64,000 nucleotides of DNA from an uncultured Candidatus Entotheonella sp. (GTDB taxonomy: Bacteria; Tectomicrobia; Entotheonellia; Entotheonellales; Entotheonellaceae), in assembly GCA_965217185.1 (NCBI GenBank), contig OZ244252.1:1600001-1664000 (forward strand). Reading direction: 5' to 3'. A program made the position numbers and the translations under genes. Under the pieces are notes generated by a model, which saw only the letters and a list, made by a program, of their open reading frames with translations, was not told the origin of the DNA and did no database searches. Of this stretch, positions 31,565 through 41,900 are shown in pieces (position 1 is the stretch's first letter; each line of letters opens with the position of its first letter).

Positions 31565-32305
31565 CTACGCGGCTGCCTTGCCGGAGCGGGCCTTGATTTT
31601 CTTGTATACGACGGGGATCAGCGCCAGAACGGCCAAGCCGACGAGCGCCGTGATGATCTGCGGGGTGAGGATGCCGGCGGCGCTGAATTCGCCGCCCTGG
31701 TCAAACACGCTGCCCAGACCGGCCCCCACGGTGGCGAACACGAAGGTGCCGGGGATGATGCCGATGAAGGTGCCTATCACGTAAACGCGTAGGGAAACGC
31801 CCAGAAATGCCGGCACCAGATTGACCAGGAAAAACGGAAAAAGCGGTACCAGCCGCAGCACCAGCAGATAGCTCAGGGCGCCCTCCTGGAAGCCGTCCTG
31901 CATCCTTTGCAGCGCCGGACCGGCCTTGGCCCGCAGCGCGTCGCCGAACGAGGTCTTGGCGATCAGAAAAAGCGCCGTGGCGCCCACGGTGGCCGCAAAG
32001 ACGACGCACACCGTGCCCCATTTCTCCCCGAACAGAAAGCCGCCGGTGATGGTCAAAACGGCGCCGCCGGGCAGCGAAAAGGCGATGGCGACGGCATAGA
32101 TGAGCATGTAGATGAGGGCGGCGACGATGCCGTAGGTGTCCACCCAATTGAGCAGGGTGGCACGGTTTTCCCGCAGCGCCTCGAAGCTGAGGAAGCGACC
32201 GAGATCAAAGACGAAAAACGCCACGAGTCCGAGGGCCAGCACGCCAATGGGAATCAATCGTTTGTATGAAAACGAGGTGCCTTGGGGTGCCGTTGTGTCG
32301 TCCAT
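31565..32305 (-). CDS. TVP38/TMEM64 (VTT/DedA) membrane protein
   Basis: FSLPG..LTITGGFLFG, LRLVPLFPF. Confidence 0.9.
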   Translation of the reverse strand: MDDTTAPQGTSFSYKRLIPIGVLALGLVAFFVFDLGRFLSFEALRENRATLLNWVDTYGIVAALIYMLIYAVAIAFSLPGGAVLTITGGFLFGEKWGTVCVVFAATVGATALFLIAKTSFGDALRAKAGPALQRMQDGFQEGALSYLLVLRLVPLFPFFLVNLVPAFLGVSLRVYVIGTFIGIIPGTFVFATVGAGLGSVFDQGGEFSAAGILTPQIITALVGLAVLALIPVVYKKIKARSGKAAA

Positions 32306-32483
32306 ACTGAGCCTCCTATTGTTGCGTGGACCTGTGACGGCGACAGCGGCATAGGCTACCCGTCCGGCCTGGCGTTGGCAAGGGGTATCTCGGCCTGTTG
32401 CGCTGCTGGGGTGAAGCCGCTACGATGCCGCGCCGGGCAGCCCTCGCTGCCTGCAAACCGATGCAAAACAAGAGGAGACGACG

Positions 32484-32831
32484 ATGGCGATCAAGCGACA
32501 TGACACCGGGCCGCGCATGAGTCAGGCGGTCGAGACCGACACCACCGTGCATTTGGCGGGCCTCGTGGCCAGCGAGCCGGTGGCCGATCCCAAGGCGCAA
32601 GCCGAGCAAATTCTTGCCAAGGTGGACAACTACCTGGCGCGCTGCGGCAGCGACAAGTCCAAGATACTGTCGGCCCAGATCTGGCTGGCCAACATGGCCT
32701 ATTTCAGCGCCGTCAACGAAGTCTGGGACGCCTGGGTCGATCCCGCCAACCCACCGGCCCGCGCCTGCGTGGAGAGCAAGCTGGCGTCACCGCAGTACAT
32801 GGTGGAGATCATGATCACGGCGGCGAAATAG
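32484..32831 (+). CDS. RidA/YjgF family protein
   Basis: RMSQAV, NEVWDAW, PPARACVE, VEIMITAA. Confidence 0.9.
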   Translation: MAIKRHDTGPRMSQAVETDTTVHLAGLVASEPVADPKAQAEQILAKVDNYLARCGSDKSKILSAQIWLANMAYFSAVNEVWDAWVDPANPPARACVESKLASPQYMVEIMITAAK

Positions 32832-33352
32832 TGGCCACCCTGGAAACGCCCCGGCTGCGCCTGCGGATGTTTTGCCAAGCGGACGCCGAGGCTTATGCGG
32901 ACATGCTGGCCGACCCAGAGGTGGCGCGCTACCTGTCCCACGGCCAGCCGCTGTCGCCCTCGGAAGCCTGGCGGCACATGGCTATGCTGCTGGGCCACTG
33001 GCAACTCTTTGGCTTCGGCCCCTGGGCGGTCGAGGAACGGGCCAGCGGCGAGCTGGTCGGGCGCATTGGCCCGTACGACCCGGCTGGGTGGCCCGGCCTG
33101 GAACTGATCTGGACGATCCGCCGGCAGTCCTGGGGGCACGGATATGCCACCGAGGGTGCCCGTGCCGCCCTGGCCTACGTGTTTAAGCAGATGGGACGCG
33201 ACCGGGTCATCAGTCTGATTCGTCCGCAGAACACGGCGTCGATACGGGTGGCGGAGAAGCTCGGCCAGCGGTTGCAAAACCGCATGGATTTTTACGGGGA
33301 AGAAGCCTTGGTCTACGGCATCCGCCGGGAAGAATGGCAGACGACACGTTGA
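32831..33352 (+). CDS. RimJ/RimL-type GNAT acetyltransferase
   Basis: ETPRLRLR, WGHGYATE, N.ASIRVAEKLG. Confidence 0.88.
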   Translation: MATLETPRLRLRMFCQADAEAYADMLADPEVARYLSHGQPLSPSEAWRHMAMLLGHWQLFGFGPWAVEERASGELVGRIGPYDPAGWPGLELIWTIRRQSWGHGYATEGARAALAYVFKQMGRDRVISLIRPQNTASIRVAEKLGQRLQNRMDFYGEEALVYGIRREEWQTTR

Positions 33353-33357
33353 CCCAC

Positions 33358-34435
33358 CGCCAGCGAAAAAGCCTCGGCATCCCGGACCGAAGCTACTTTC
33401 GATGCTCAATAGCCCTGCCCGCACGCGCCCCTGCCAACGCTTAACCGCCATCCGTGAGGATGGCGGTCCATGACTCGGGGTGGAAGTGGTGGCTTGCCTT
33501 TGTCGGGTAGGGCACTGGCGCGCGCACCCTTAGGCGGAGGGTTTCCGGTCTCGTCCTTTCGGTTGCGAGGTGGGTTCACATTTCCGCCTTAGGCCACGTT
33601 TCCAGCCGCCCTCCCTAAAATTCCGTACGTTGGGTTTTCCCCAGTACGGCTTCAAGCATCAGGCACCCTACAGTTCAGTACGGAGCCTTCCGCAGCATCG
33701 TCGAGGTCAAGGCAGATCCAGCCATACCCCCGATCGGATACCGCGTTTGCTCCGCCCTTCGACGATGCCACCCACCGACGGATATTCCGCCTCTGCGTGC
33801 GGAGCCATCGGCTGCAGCATCGCCACCTGAGCCCTGAGGCCCTCGCTCCTGCCGGGTTATGTTGTCCCGGCCATCACCGCTTGTCGGCCTCATCCGACAG
33901 TCTGGAGACCTCCGTTTCATTTTCCCGGCACGGCCGGTTATAGACGCGATCTTCGACATTCAAGGATCATCCTGTCTGATCCCCAGACCTTCCGGACTTT
34001 CACTGCTGTACTTTCGAGTATTGCCGCCTTCAATACGCCGGGAGCCCTGATGCGTGCACCTCAGTTCTTCCGCACCAACGCTGGCCATCGGGCAGGAAAG
34101 AGGCCCTTGGCGGCTCCGTTTATCCCGCAAATCAGCTTCATGCAGGAAGTCCATTTTCGACGCTTAATCCGTTCGCTCTCGCTACGGCTCTACTCTTTGC
34201 TCGCCCCCCGGGCTGATCAGACAAAAGCGGCACGATGGCCTCTCCGTCCCCCAGGACTTTTACTTCCGGGCTTCCAGGTCGCAGGGTCGCCCCTTGCGCC
34301 TGCCGAATATGACTACGACGCCAAACTGAGAATTGCGCCGACGGGACTTTCACCCGCTAGTACAGCAGCTAGTCTCGCTGCACCCTTCCCACCGGACTTT
34401 CACCGACTGCACTGACACCAGTCTGCTTGGCGCTC
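33358..34435 (-). mobile_element. 5'-terminal remnant (domain I) of a second group II intron, interrupted by the ORF-less intron
   Basis: Joined flanks read GAGCGCCAAGCAGAC..GGTGAAAGTCC..CCCCGAGTCATG..AAGCGTTGGCAGGGG..GCAGGGCTATTGAGCATCGAAA..GATGCCGAGGC, typical of group II domain I. Confidence 0.72.
33502..34383 (-). ncRNA. ORF-less group II intron (882 nt)
   Basis: 5' end GTGCAGCGAGACTAGC; domain V GAAGCCGTACTGGGGAAAACCCAACGTACGGAATTT with AGC triad; domain VI ending CCCTACCCGAC; no RT ORF. Confidence 0.88.
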
Positions 34436-34505
34436 TCCGCTAATACTCGTCTCCCACTTGTAGAATCACTCAAACACGTTAACCAAAAGGCCGGAGGAGT
34501 TGAAC

Positions 34506-35543
34506 ATGGCTCAGATAGGCTTTTTCGATGTCGAGAAGCGTTACGCCGCTCTGGATGCCAAGAATGACCCCTTGGTGAAGATCAATGCCGTCGTTCCATG
34601 GGAAGCGTTCCGCAGCCGCCTGGAGAAAGTCTGGCGCAAGCCAGCCGACAAGCGTAAGTCGAACGCAGGCTGCAAGGCCTGGGACGCCATCGTCATGTTC
34701 AAAGCCATCGTTCTGTGCGCCCTCTACAATCTGTCGGACGATCAGGTGGAGTACCAGATGCGCGACCGCCTCTTTTGTGCGCTTCCTGGGTCTGGCCCTT
34801 GAAGACAAAGTGCCCGACGCCAAGACCGTGTGGCTTTACCGGGAACAGTTGTCACAGGCTGGTGTGATCGACGCCTTGTTCAACGATTTTGACGGCTATC
34901 TGAAAACCCAAGGCTACCGGGCGATGGGCGGCCAGATCATCGACGCGTCGATTGTTGCGGTTCCCAAACAGCGTAATAATCGTGCTGACAACGCCCGGAT
35001 CAAGCAAGGTGAGACGCCAAGGACTGGGCAGACAAGGCGGCCCGGCGTCGTCAGAAAGACACGGATGCGCGGTGGACGAAAAAGCACGGCAAGAGTCACT
35101 ATGGCTACAAGAACCACCTCAACATCGACCGCAGGCACAAGCTGATCCGGCGCTATAGCGTGACGGATGCGTCGGTTCACGACAGCCAAGCGGTTGATGA
35201 CCTGCTGACTTCGGACAACACGGCAAGCGGTGTGTGGGCGGACAGCGCCTAGCGGTCGAAAGACATTGAGGAGAAGATCAAGGGAAAGGGTTTGACGAGT
35301 CGGATCCATCGCAAGGTTTGTCGTAACCGTCCGTTGCGTGATTGGGAGAAGGCCGGCAACAGAAGTCGTTCACGGTTTCGGGTCCGGGTAGAGCATGTCT
35401 TCGGGGCGCAGCACAACGACATGGGCGGGACGTTGGTTCGCAGCCTCGGGCTTGTGCGGGCGACGGCGCGCATCGGGCTTAAGAACCTCGCTTACAACAT
35501 GCGACGCCTGGTTGGGTTGCAGCGTCTTGGGATGGTGGGTTGA
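34506..35543 (+). pseudogene. IS5-family transposase pseudogene
   Basis: VPDAKT, IIDASIV, DARWTKKHGKSHYGYK, HDSQ, ADSA*R, VEHVFG, NLAYN; frameshifts near 34775 and 35020 and a TAG at about 35250. Confidence 0.9.
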
Positions 35544-35742
35544 GCGTAAGCGGTGCGCAAGGGGTGTACCGGATGTCATCTTTGACCATCCATGAGGACG
35601 TTGCAGTCAGGTTCTTCCCCGTCTTATACTTTTCCAGTCCCTGTCGCATATTCACTTCGAGAGACTTTCCGACTCATAACCACGCTGGAGACATTCAATG
35701 GCAACTGTACATAGCACCGGACAGGACCGGTGGGTCGTCCAT

Positions 35743-35934
35743 ATGAGCAGCCCCGATGAGTCCCAAATGACGGTCGAAGTTCACATGAACCTGGAAACAG
35801 CTAAGAAGATAGCGGAGCGCGAGACACAACGAATCGCCGCCTTGAATCCAGGTCACGACGACTTGGACCCTCAGACGGTCGCATCGGCCGTTCTGTCGGT
35901 ATTGGGCCAATTTGCGGCCGGGAACCGTCTATGA
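35743..35934 (+). CDS. Small hypothetical protein
   Basis: 63-aa ORF with plausible composition; no motif. Confidence 0.3.
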   Translation: MSSPDESQMTVEVHMNLETAKKIAERETQRIAALNPGHDDLDPQTVASAVLSVLGQFAAGNRL

Positions 35935-35944
35935 CCGGTTAGTC

Positions 35945-36550
35945 TCATGCCATAATCCCCGCGACACGTTCCGCCTCTTCGCGCGTCGGGAAGCCGGCCA
36001 AAGGTATCGTCTGACGCCAACCACCTGCCGGGTTCGATATTTCTACGCGGAACGCCCCTTCCTCAGTGACCTTTACGACACGGCAAATGCATCTTTCGCC
36101 TAAGTGCTTCTCCAACAATGGGATCAAATCCTGCGGTTTGCACGCGGCCCTATGTCCCTTGATGAAGTCGACGTCGTTGGTGAGAATGGTATCGATACCT
36201 TCGAGCGCGCCCGCCGCGGCGACCTGTGCATCCTCGAAGGACAGGTCGTCGTAGCCTACTATGGCGGCCGTCAGCACATCTTCCGTCAAGGGTAAAACCT
36301 GAAGTAGCCGCATCGTATCAGCCGCGAGGCGACGTTCGCTCTCGGTCCGGCTTGGCCCGCGCGTTGCGCCGTGATGGCAGATTACCCCGAAAGCCGAGGC
36401 GCACACGAAACCTCTAACGGCATCGAGTTCCGCAAACGTCAGGGCGCGGGCCGCTGGGACGGCGTTCTCCCTCTGGCAAAAAACATCGAGCAGGACGTTG
36501 GCGTCGAATAGAACCTGGAGCGGTTCTCCTCGCTGAAGGCGTGCATCCAA
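35945..36550 (-). CDS. PIN-domain (VapC-like) protein
   Basis: VLFDANVLLD, FEDAQV, ILTND.DF acidic PIN motifs; TTG start just after the upstream stop. Confidence 0.72.
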   Translation of the reverse strand: MDARLQRGEPLQVLFDANVLLDVFCQRENAVPAARALTFAELDAVRGFVCASAFGVICHHGATRGPSRTESERRLAADTMRLLQVLPLTEDVLTAAIVGYDDLSFEDAQVAAAGALEGIDTILTNDVDFIKGHRAACKPQDLIPLLEKHLGERCICRVVKVTEEGAFRVEISNPAGGWRQTIPLAGFPTREEAERVAGIMA

Positions 36551-36551
36551 G

Positions 36552-36746
36552 TCAAGGAGAATTGGGCCGCGACGCACTTTTTGCTTCCAACTCAGCGGAA
36601 CTGTCTCCCTCAGCCTCATCGGTTGAATCGACGAGGGCACCGAACATCCTCTCCACGGTTGGCGAAAGGCCAGCTCGTAATGGGACCTGCCCCGGCACCT
36701 TCTGATCGCCAAGCATTACATCGTCGCGCTCTTCTGACATTGCCAT
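36552..36746 (-). CDS. Putative antitoxin upstream of the PIN gene
   Basis: Small acidic ORF with GGAGG RBS, stop 1 nt before the PIN start. Confidence 0.45.
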   Translation of the reverse strand: MAMSEERDDVMLGDQKVPGQVPLRAGLSPTVERMFGALVDSTDEAEGDSSAELEAKSASRPNSP

Positions 36747-37349
36747 ACCTCCTTCCGAAGCCAACCTGCTCACCCTTCGTACCGTGCCACAGCGAATACG
36801 ACGGACAACATGTAGGCTATGAAGTCCAACCGCCAAACGTCCGAATCATCGGTCAGACTCGCGACATGTTCATCGGGTCCGGCAACGGTTTCATGGACGA
36901 TCGGTACTACAACTACACCACAACTACGGGACGATTCGCGAGCGGGGAACACAACCCCGCGGCGGCGCTTGCAGTTGCCCCGTCCCGCAACCCATCCACG
37001 TTGCCGTCGAGCCGTCCTCCACGCCGGGCCGAGCCCTCGCCCCGCAACGGCCGCGTCTCCGTGCCGCCGACAGGAAGAGCCTAGCCTTGCGCGGTGGCCG
37101 GATGTCCAGGGAAGGGCATCCCACCAATCCTGGCCACCGGCCTGAAGGAAACGACAACATACACCCAGCGGTCGCGCTTCCAGGCCATGGCCGACGGCGA
37201 TATTCGCCGCTGGCCCGGCAAAGAGAGGCGAAGAAAGTGTAGGCGCTTGGTAAGGACCACACAAGAGCAACCTGAGTGCATTTCCGCACACTCACTTCTT
37301 GCACGCGCTGATCGCTACATTCTCACGAACTCCAGCCTCCCATAGCCAC

Positions 37350-38112
37350 GGCTGGACATACCAGCCCGTCCAACTGCGAACTTCATACTCATCCAGCCCG
37401 ACTTCACCCTTGGCCGCCTCGAAACACATCTCGATGCACCAACGCCGGCCTGCCACTGACACCAGGGTCGCCAACTCCGTCCGTGACGGGGCAAACACCA
37501 AATAGGCCGTCAATTTCCTGTCCGCTTGCAAGCTGCGACGTACCAGCAAGTAGCGGCACCAATCCACTGCGCACGGCGCCATCAACCTCACACACTGCCA
37601 ATCGTAGAGCCTCGGCCCCTTGCTGCCCGAACCCGCACTCAGCCGTTGCCAAGCATCCTCGTCGAGCCCCTCAAGCACCGATTTCACCGAGCGCTGCATG
37701 CCCCCAAGCCAGACATGCTCTTTGCTCGACACCGCCAGCACATAGGCTCTTTCCTGCCTTTCCAACCACCGCCGCAAGCGGCGCGCATCGCCGTAGGCAC
37801 TGTCACCCACCACCCACGACGCAGGCACGCCAGCCGCAAAGGCTCGCTCAAGCATCGCCTGGGCCAACTCAGGCTTGGTGGCAAACCCTACCTCCGGGGC
37901 AATGCCCGCCCGCTGGCAGCGCTCAGGGTCCTTTGTCCACGACGCGGGCAGGTACAAGGCACGGTCCAGCAACGTCTGGCCAAAGCAACTGGCATAGGCC
38001 ACAAACACACCGACCTGAGAGTTCTCCACCCGACCTGCCGTGCCGCTATACTGCCTGGCCACCCCGGCTGAGCGCGTGCCTTTTTTCAAAAATCCCGTCT
38101 CATCAACTGTCG
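37350..38112 (-). pseudogene. IS701-family transposase, truncated at both ends
   Basis: DETGFLKKG..SAGVARQYSGTAGRVENSQ, GDSAYG, RWCIE.CF..AK.EVGLD.YEVRSW. Confidence 0.9.
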
Positions 38113-38117
38113 TACTA

Positions 38118-38202
38118 GCCCTCCCCCACGGAGGGGGGAGGGGACCCGGACTGGGGGTCTCCCCCTCTCCCCTGGTGGGAGAGGGTCGGGGTGAGGGGGA
38201 GA
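38118..38202. repeat. C/G-tract palindromic repeat cluster
   Basis: CCCTCCCCC-ACGG-AGGGGGGAGGG and CCCTCTCCC-CTGGT-GGGAGAGGG-TCGGGGTGAGGG hairpins at the IS701 breakpoint. Confidence 0.6.
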
Positions 38203-38590
38203 CCGGCGCCGGACGACCGAACGTGCAACCCGTCTGGAACACGTGAGCCAGTCTTTTCAAGCTGAGCCACCAGCCTCCCATATGGGAGGTATTTTGTTTT
38301 TAATTTTCGTGTATAGTGCGCCTCCGGCGTGTGGGCAATCGGCGCCCTTGGTCACGGCAACGACGTGATCAGAGATTCTGCCGGCGGGGAAGACCGCATC
38401 CATCTCACAAACGGAGGAGCACAGCGTGCCCGACAGGATCAGCGCGACAGGCAGTGTGACGGCAGGAAGTTCGGCGACGGGCGAGATCGAAACCGCCAAC
38501 GGCTTGGCACGTGAAGAGGAGCGGGCCATGCAGGCACAGCGCCTCAGCGGCGTGCTCGGCAGGCCCGGCGCCGCCCCCGTCAAAAAGGGC

Positions 38591-38620
38591 TTGACATTCC
38601 CGGAATGCGGTTTTCATCTT
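38591..38620 (+). promoter_or_regulatory. Putative sigma70 promoter directly upstream of the microsatellite
   Basis: Perfect TTGACA, 18-bp spacer, CATCTT. Confidence 0.45.
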
Positions 38621-38625
38621 GAGAG

Positions 38626-38780
38626 CCGAGCCGAGCCGAGCCGAGCCGAGCCGAGCCGAGCCGAGCCGAGCCGAGCCGAGCCGAGCCGAGCCGAGCCGAG
38701 CCGAGCCGAGCCGAGCCGAGCCGAGCCGAGCCGAGCCGAGCCGAGCCGAGCCGAGCCGAGCCGAGCCGAGCCGAGCCGAG
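38626..38780. repeat. Perfect pentanucleotide microsatellite (CCGAG)31
   Basis: Direct count: 155 bp, uninterrupted. Confidence 0.97.
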
Positions 38781-38925
38781 CCGGGAGCAGCACCGCCCGC
38801 CCCCGCCGCCTGACCGCCTGCCGTCCCCTCGGGGCGGCCATCCCTCTCCATCGACCGCATCCGCCGCCGGCCGGCCGGCGGGTTTCGCGCGTCTGGCCGG
38901 CGGGCGGCGCGGTCTCGTCCACTCC

Positions 38926-41900
38926 GTGCGGACGCTCGCCGCCGTGGCGCTGCTCGCGCTGGTCGGCGGCCTAGCCCTGCCGGCCACGACCCAGGCTCAG
39001 GCCCCCGGCGTGCTGGTGAGCAATATGGGCCAGGCCTCCGGCGGCCGCGGTAATAACATAAATGACACTTGGCTGGCAGCGCAGGGCTTTTCGGTCCCCA
39101 GCGGCGGCGGCAACTACACGCTCACCTCGATCGAGATTCTCGTTAGCCAAGACATTTCGTCCACGAATATCGGCTCGCTGAGCGTCAGCGTGTGGTCCGC
39201 CGATTCCTCGGGCCGTCCGGACAGTTCCCTGCATACCCTGACCAATCCGGCGAGCGTGACAGCCGACGTCGCGGCGAGCTTCACTGCCCCTGCGAGCGCA
39301 ACGCTCGAGGCGGGTAACACCTATGTAGTCTTGGTGGATTACGACCTAACAGGTAATAGGAATTGGCTGAGCACGAATGCGAATAGCGAAGACGCGACCT
39401 CCACGGCCGGTTGGACCATCGCCAATACGGGCCTGTATCGTTCACGTACGGCCACGAGCTGGACTGTCCCACTCTTCGCCTTCTTTCTCCAAGTCAACGG
39501 CACCGCGTCCAACAACGCGCCGGTCTTCGCCGATGCGACGGCGACGCGCGAGGTGCCCGAGAACAGCGCGGCGGACACCGCCGTCGGCGCGCCGGTGACG
39601 GCGGACGACGCCGACACCGGCGACACGCTGGAATACTCCCTGGGGGGCACGGACGCGTCGTCGTTCGAGATCGATTCGGACACGGGCCAGATCAAGACCG
39701 TATCGTCGGGGACCTACAACTACGAGGCGGCGCAGAATTCCTACTCGGCGACGGTGACGGCGTCGGACGGCACCGACACCGACTCGATCGTCGTGACCAT
39801 CAACCTGACGGACGTGGACGAGCAGCCGGACAAACCGGACAAGCCGACGGTGACGGCGGTCTCGGGCTCGTCCACAAGCCTGGACGTGAGCTGGACCGAG
39901 CCGGGGCTGAACGGCGGCCCGGCGATCACCGGCTACGAACTGCGGTACGAGACCCGGGCGAGCCCGACCGACCAGTGGACTCCCGTTGGCGACTGGCCGC
40001 ACACGGGCACGACGACCACGACGACCATCACCGGGCTGACGGCGACCACGGAGTACCAGGTGCAGGTGACGGCGCTCAACGGCGAGATACAGAGCGCCTA
40101 TTCGGACCCCTCCGACGTGGTCAGCACCAACGCGGGCTCCAACGCGCCGGTCTTCGCCGATGCGACGGCGACGCGCGAGGTGCCCGAGAACAGCGCGGCG
40201 GACACCGCTGTCGGCGCGCCGGTGACGGCGGACGACGCCGACGGCGACACGCTGGAATACACCTTGGGGGGCACGGACGCGTCGTCGTTCGACATCGATT
40301 CGGGCACGGGCCAGATCAAGACCGTATCGTCGGGGACCTACAACTACGAGGCGGCGCAGAATTCCTACTCGGTGACGGTGACGGCGTCGGACGGCACCGA
40401 CAACGACTCGATCGTCGTGACAATCAACCTGACGGACGTGGACGAGCAGCCGGACAAACCGGCCAAGCCGACGGTGACGGCGGTCTCGGGCTCGTCCACA
40501 AGCCTGGACGTGAGCTGGACCGAGCCGGGGCTGAACGGCGGCCCGGAGATCACCGGCTACGAAGTGCGGTACCGCAGCCGGCCGAGCGCGCCCGACGCCT
40601 GGAGTCGTTCTGTCGACTGGCCGCACACGGGCACGACGACCACGACGACCATCACCGGGCTGACGGCGAACACGGAGCACCAAGTGCAGGTGGCGGCGCT
40701 CAACGGCGAGATACCGAGCGCCTATTCGAACAACTCCGACGTGGTCAGCACCAACGCGGAGACGCTCACCGCGCCGACGATCACCGAGGTGGCGGTGACC
40801 TCGACGCCGCAGGCGACGTCGGACACCTACGGGGCGGGCGAGACCATCGAGGTCACGGTGACCTTCGACCAGACGGTGAACGCCACGACCGGCACGGACT
40901 TCGTGCTGTCCGTGGCCGGCCGCAAGCGCGCGCCGCTGAGCAGCGGCTCGGGCACGACGACGCTGGTGTTCGGCTACACCGTGCAGACCGGCGACAGCGA
41001 CGACGACGGCATCTGGATCGGGGACCAGGACCGGACCCTGGTCGGCAACCGCAACGGGGATCCCCAGAACGGGACGATCACGAGCGTGGACACCGCCACG
41101 GCGGCGGACCTCACCCATAGCGCGCTCGGCGTGCTGTCCGGCCACAAGGTGGACGGCAGCAGTGGGACGCCGCCGCCCACGACCTGCACGCTGAGCACCG
41201 GCGACCTCTGGTGCGGCGTGGTGACGGTGGGGACGTACTCTAACGGAGTGGGCTTCACTGACAGCGAGGGCGCCCTGACCGACAACACCGGGGACCAGAC
41301 GATCACCATCGGGTCGGCCAACTACATGATTTCTTCTGTGGTCATCTTGGCGAGCCCGGCGGGGGCGTTGGTGATGGGACTCGACACGCGGTTCCCGACT
41401 GATGACGAGACCACCCTGGTGTTTCATATCGGCAGCAGCACGTTCGAGGTAAGCGAGGCCACCTTCGACACCGGGGTCGGGGGCTACATCTGGCAAGATT
41501 CCGGTCTGAGCTGGTCCGTCGACGACACGGTCGATCTGCGTCTGCGGCGGGCCACGGCCCCGACGATCGACGCGCCGACGATCGACGACGTGGCGGTGAC
41601 CTCCACCCCGGCGGCGACGGACACCTACGGGGCGGGCGAGACGATCGAGGTCACGGTGACCTTCAGCGAGGCGGTGACCGCCACGACCGGCACGGACTTC
41701 GTGCTGTCCGTCGGTGGGGCCAAGCGCGCGCCGCTGTTGCGCGGGTCGGGCACGGCGACGCTGGTGTTCGGCTACACCGTGCTGGCCGCCGACGCCGACG
41801 ACAACGGCATCTGGATCGGGGACCAGGACCGAACCCTGGTCGGCAACCGCAACGGGGACCCCCAGAACGGCACGATCACGAGCGTGGACACCGGCACGGC

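Noticed and set aside
36770..37304. Protein-coding gene between the PIN module and IS701
   Set aside because: Several overlapping ORFs, none with a recognisable motif or convincing start; possibly decayed sequence.
38626..38780. CRISPR array, or genuine SARLG/AEPSR repeat proteins on the minus and other frames
   Set aside because: Pure 5-bp tandem repeat with no spacers; the repeat has no stop codon in any frame, so the overlapping ORFs are by-products.
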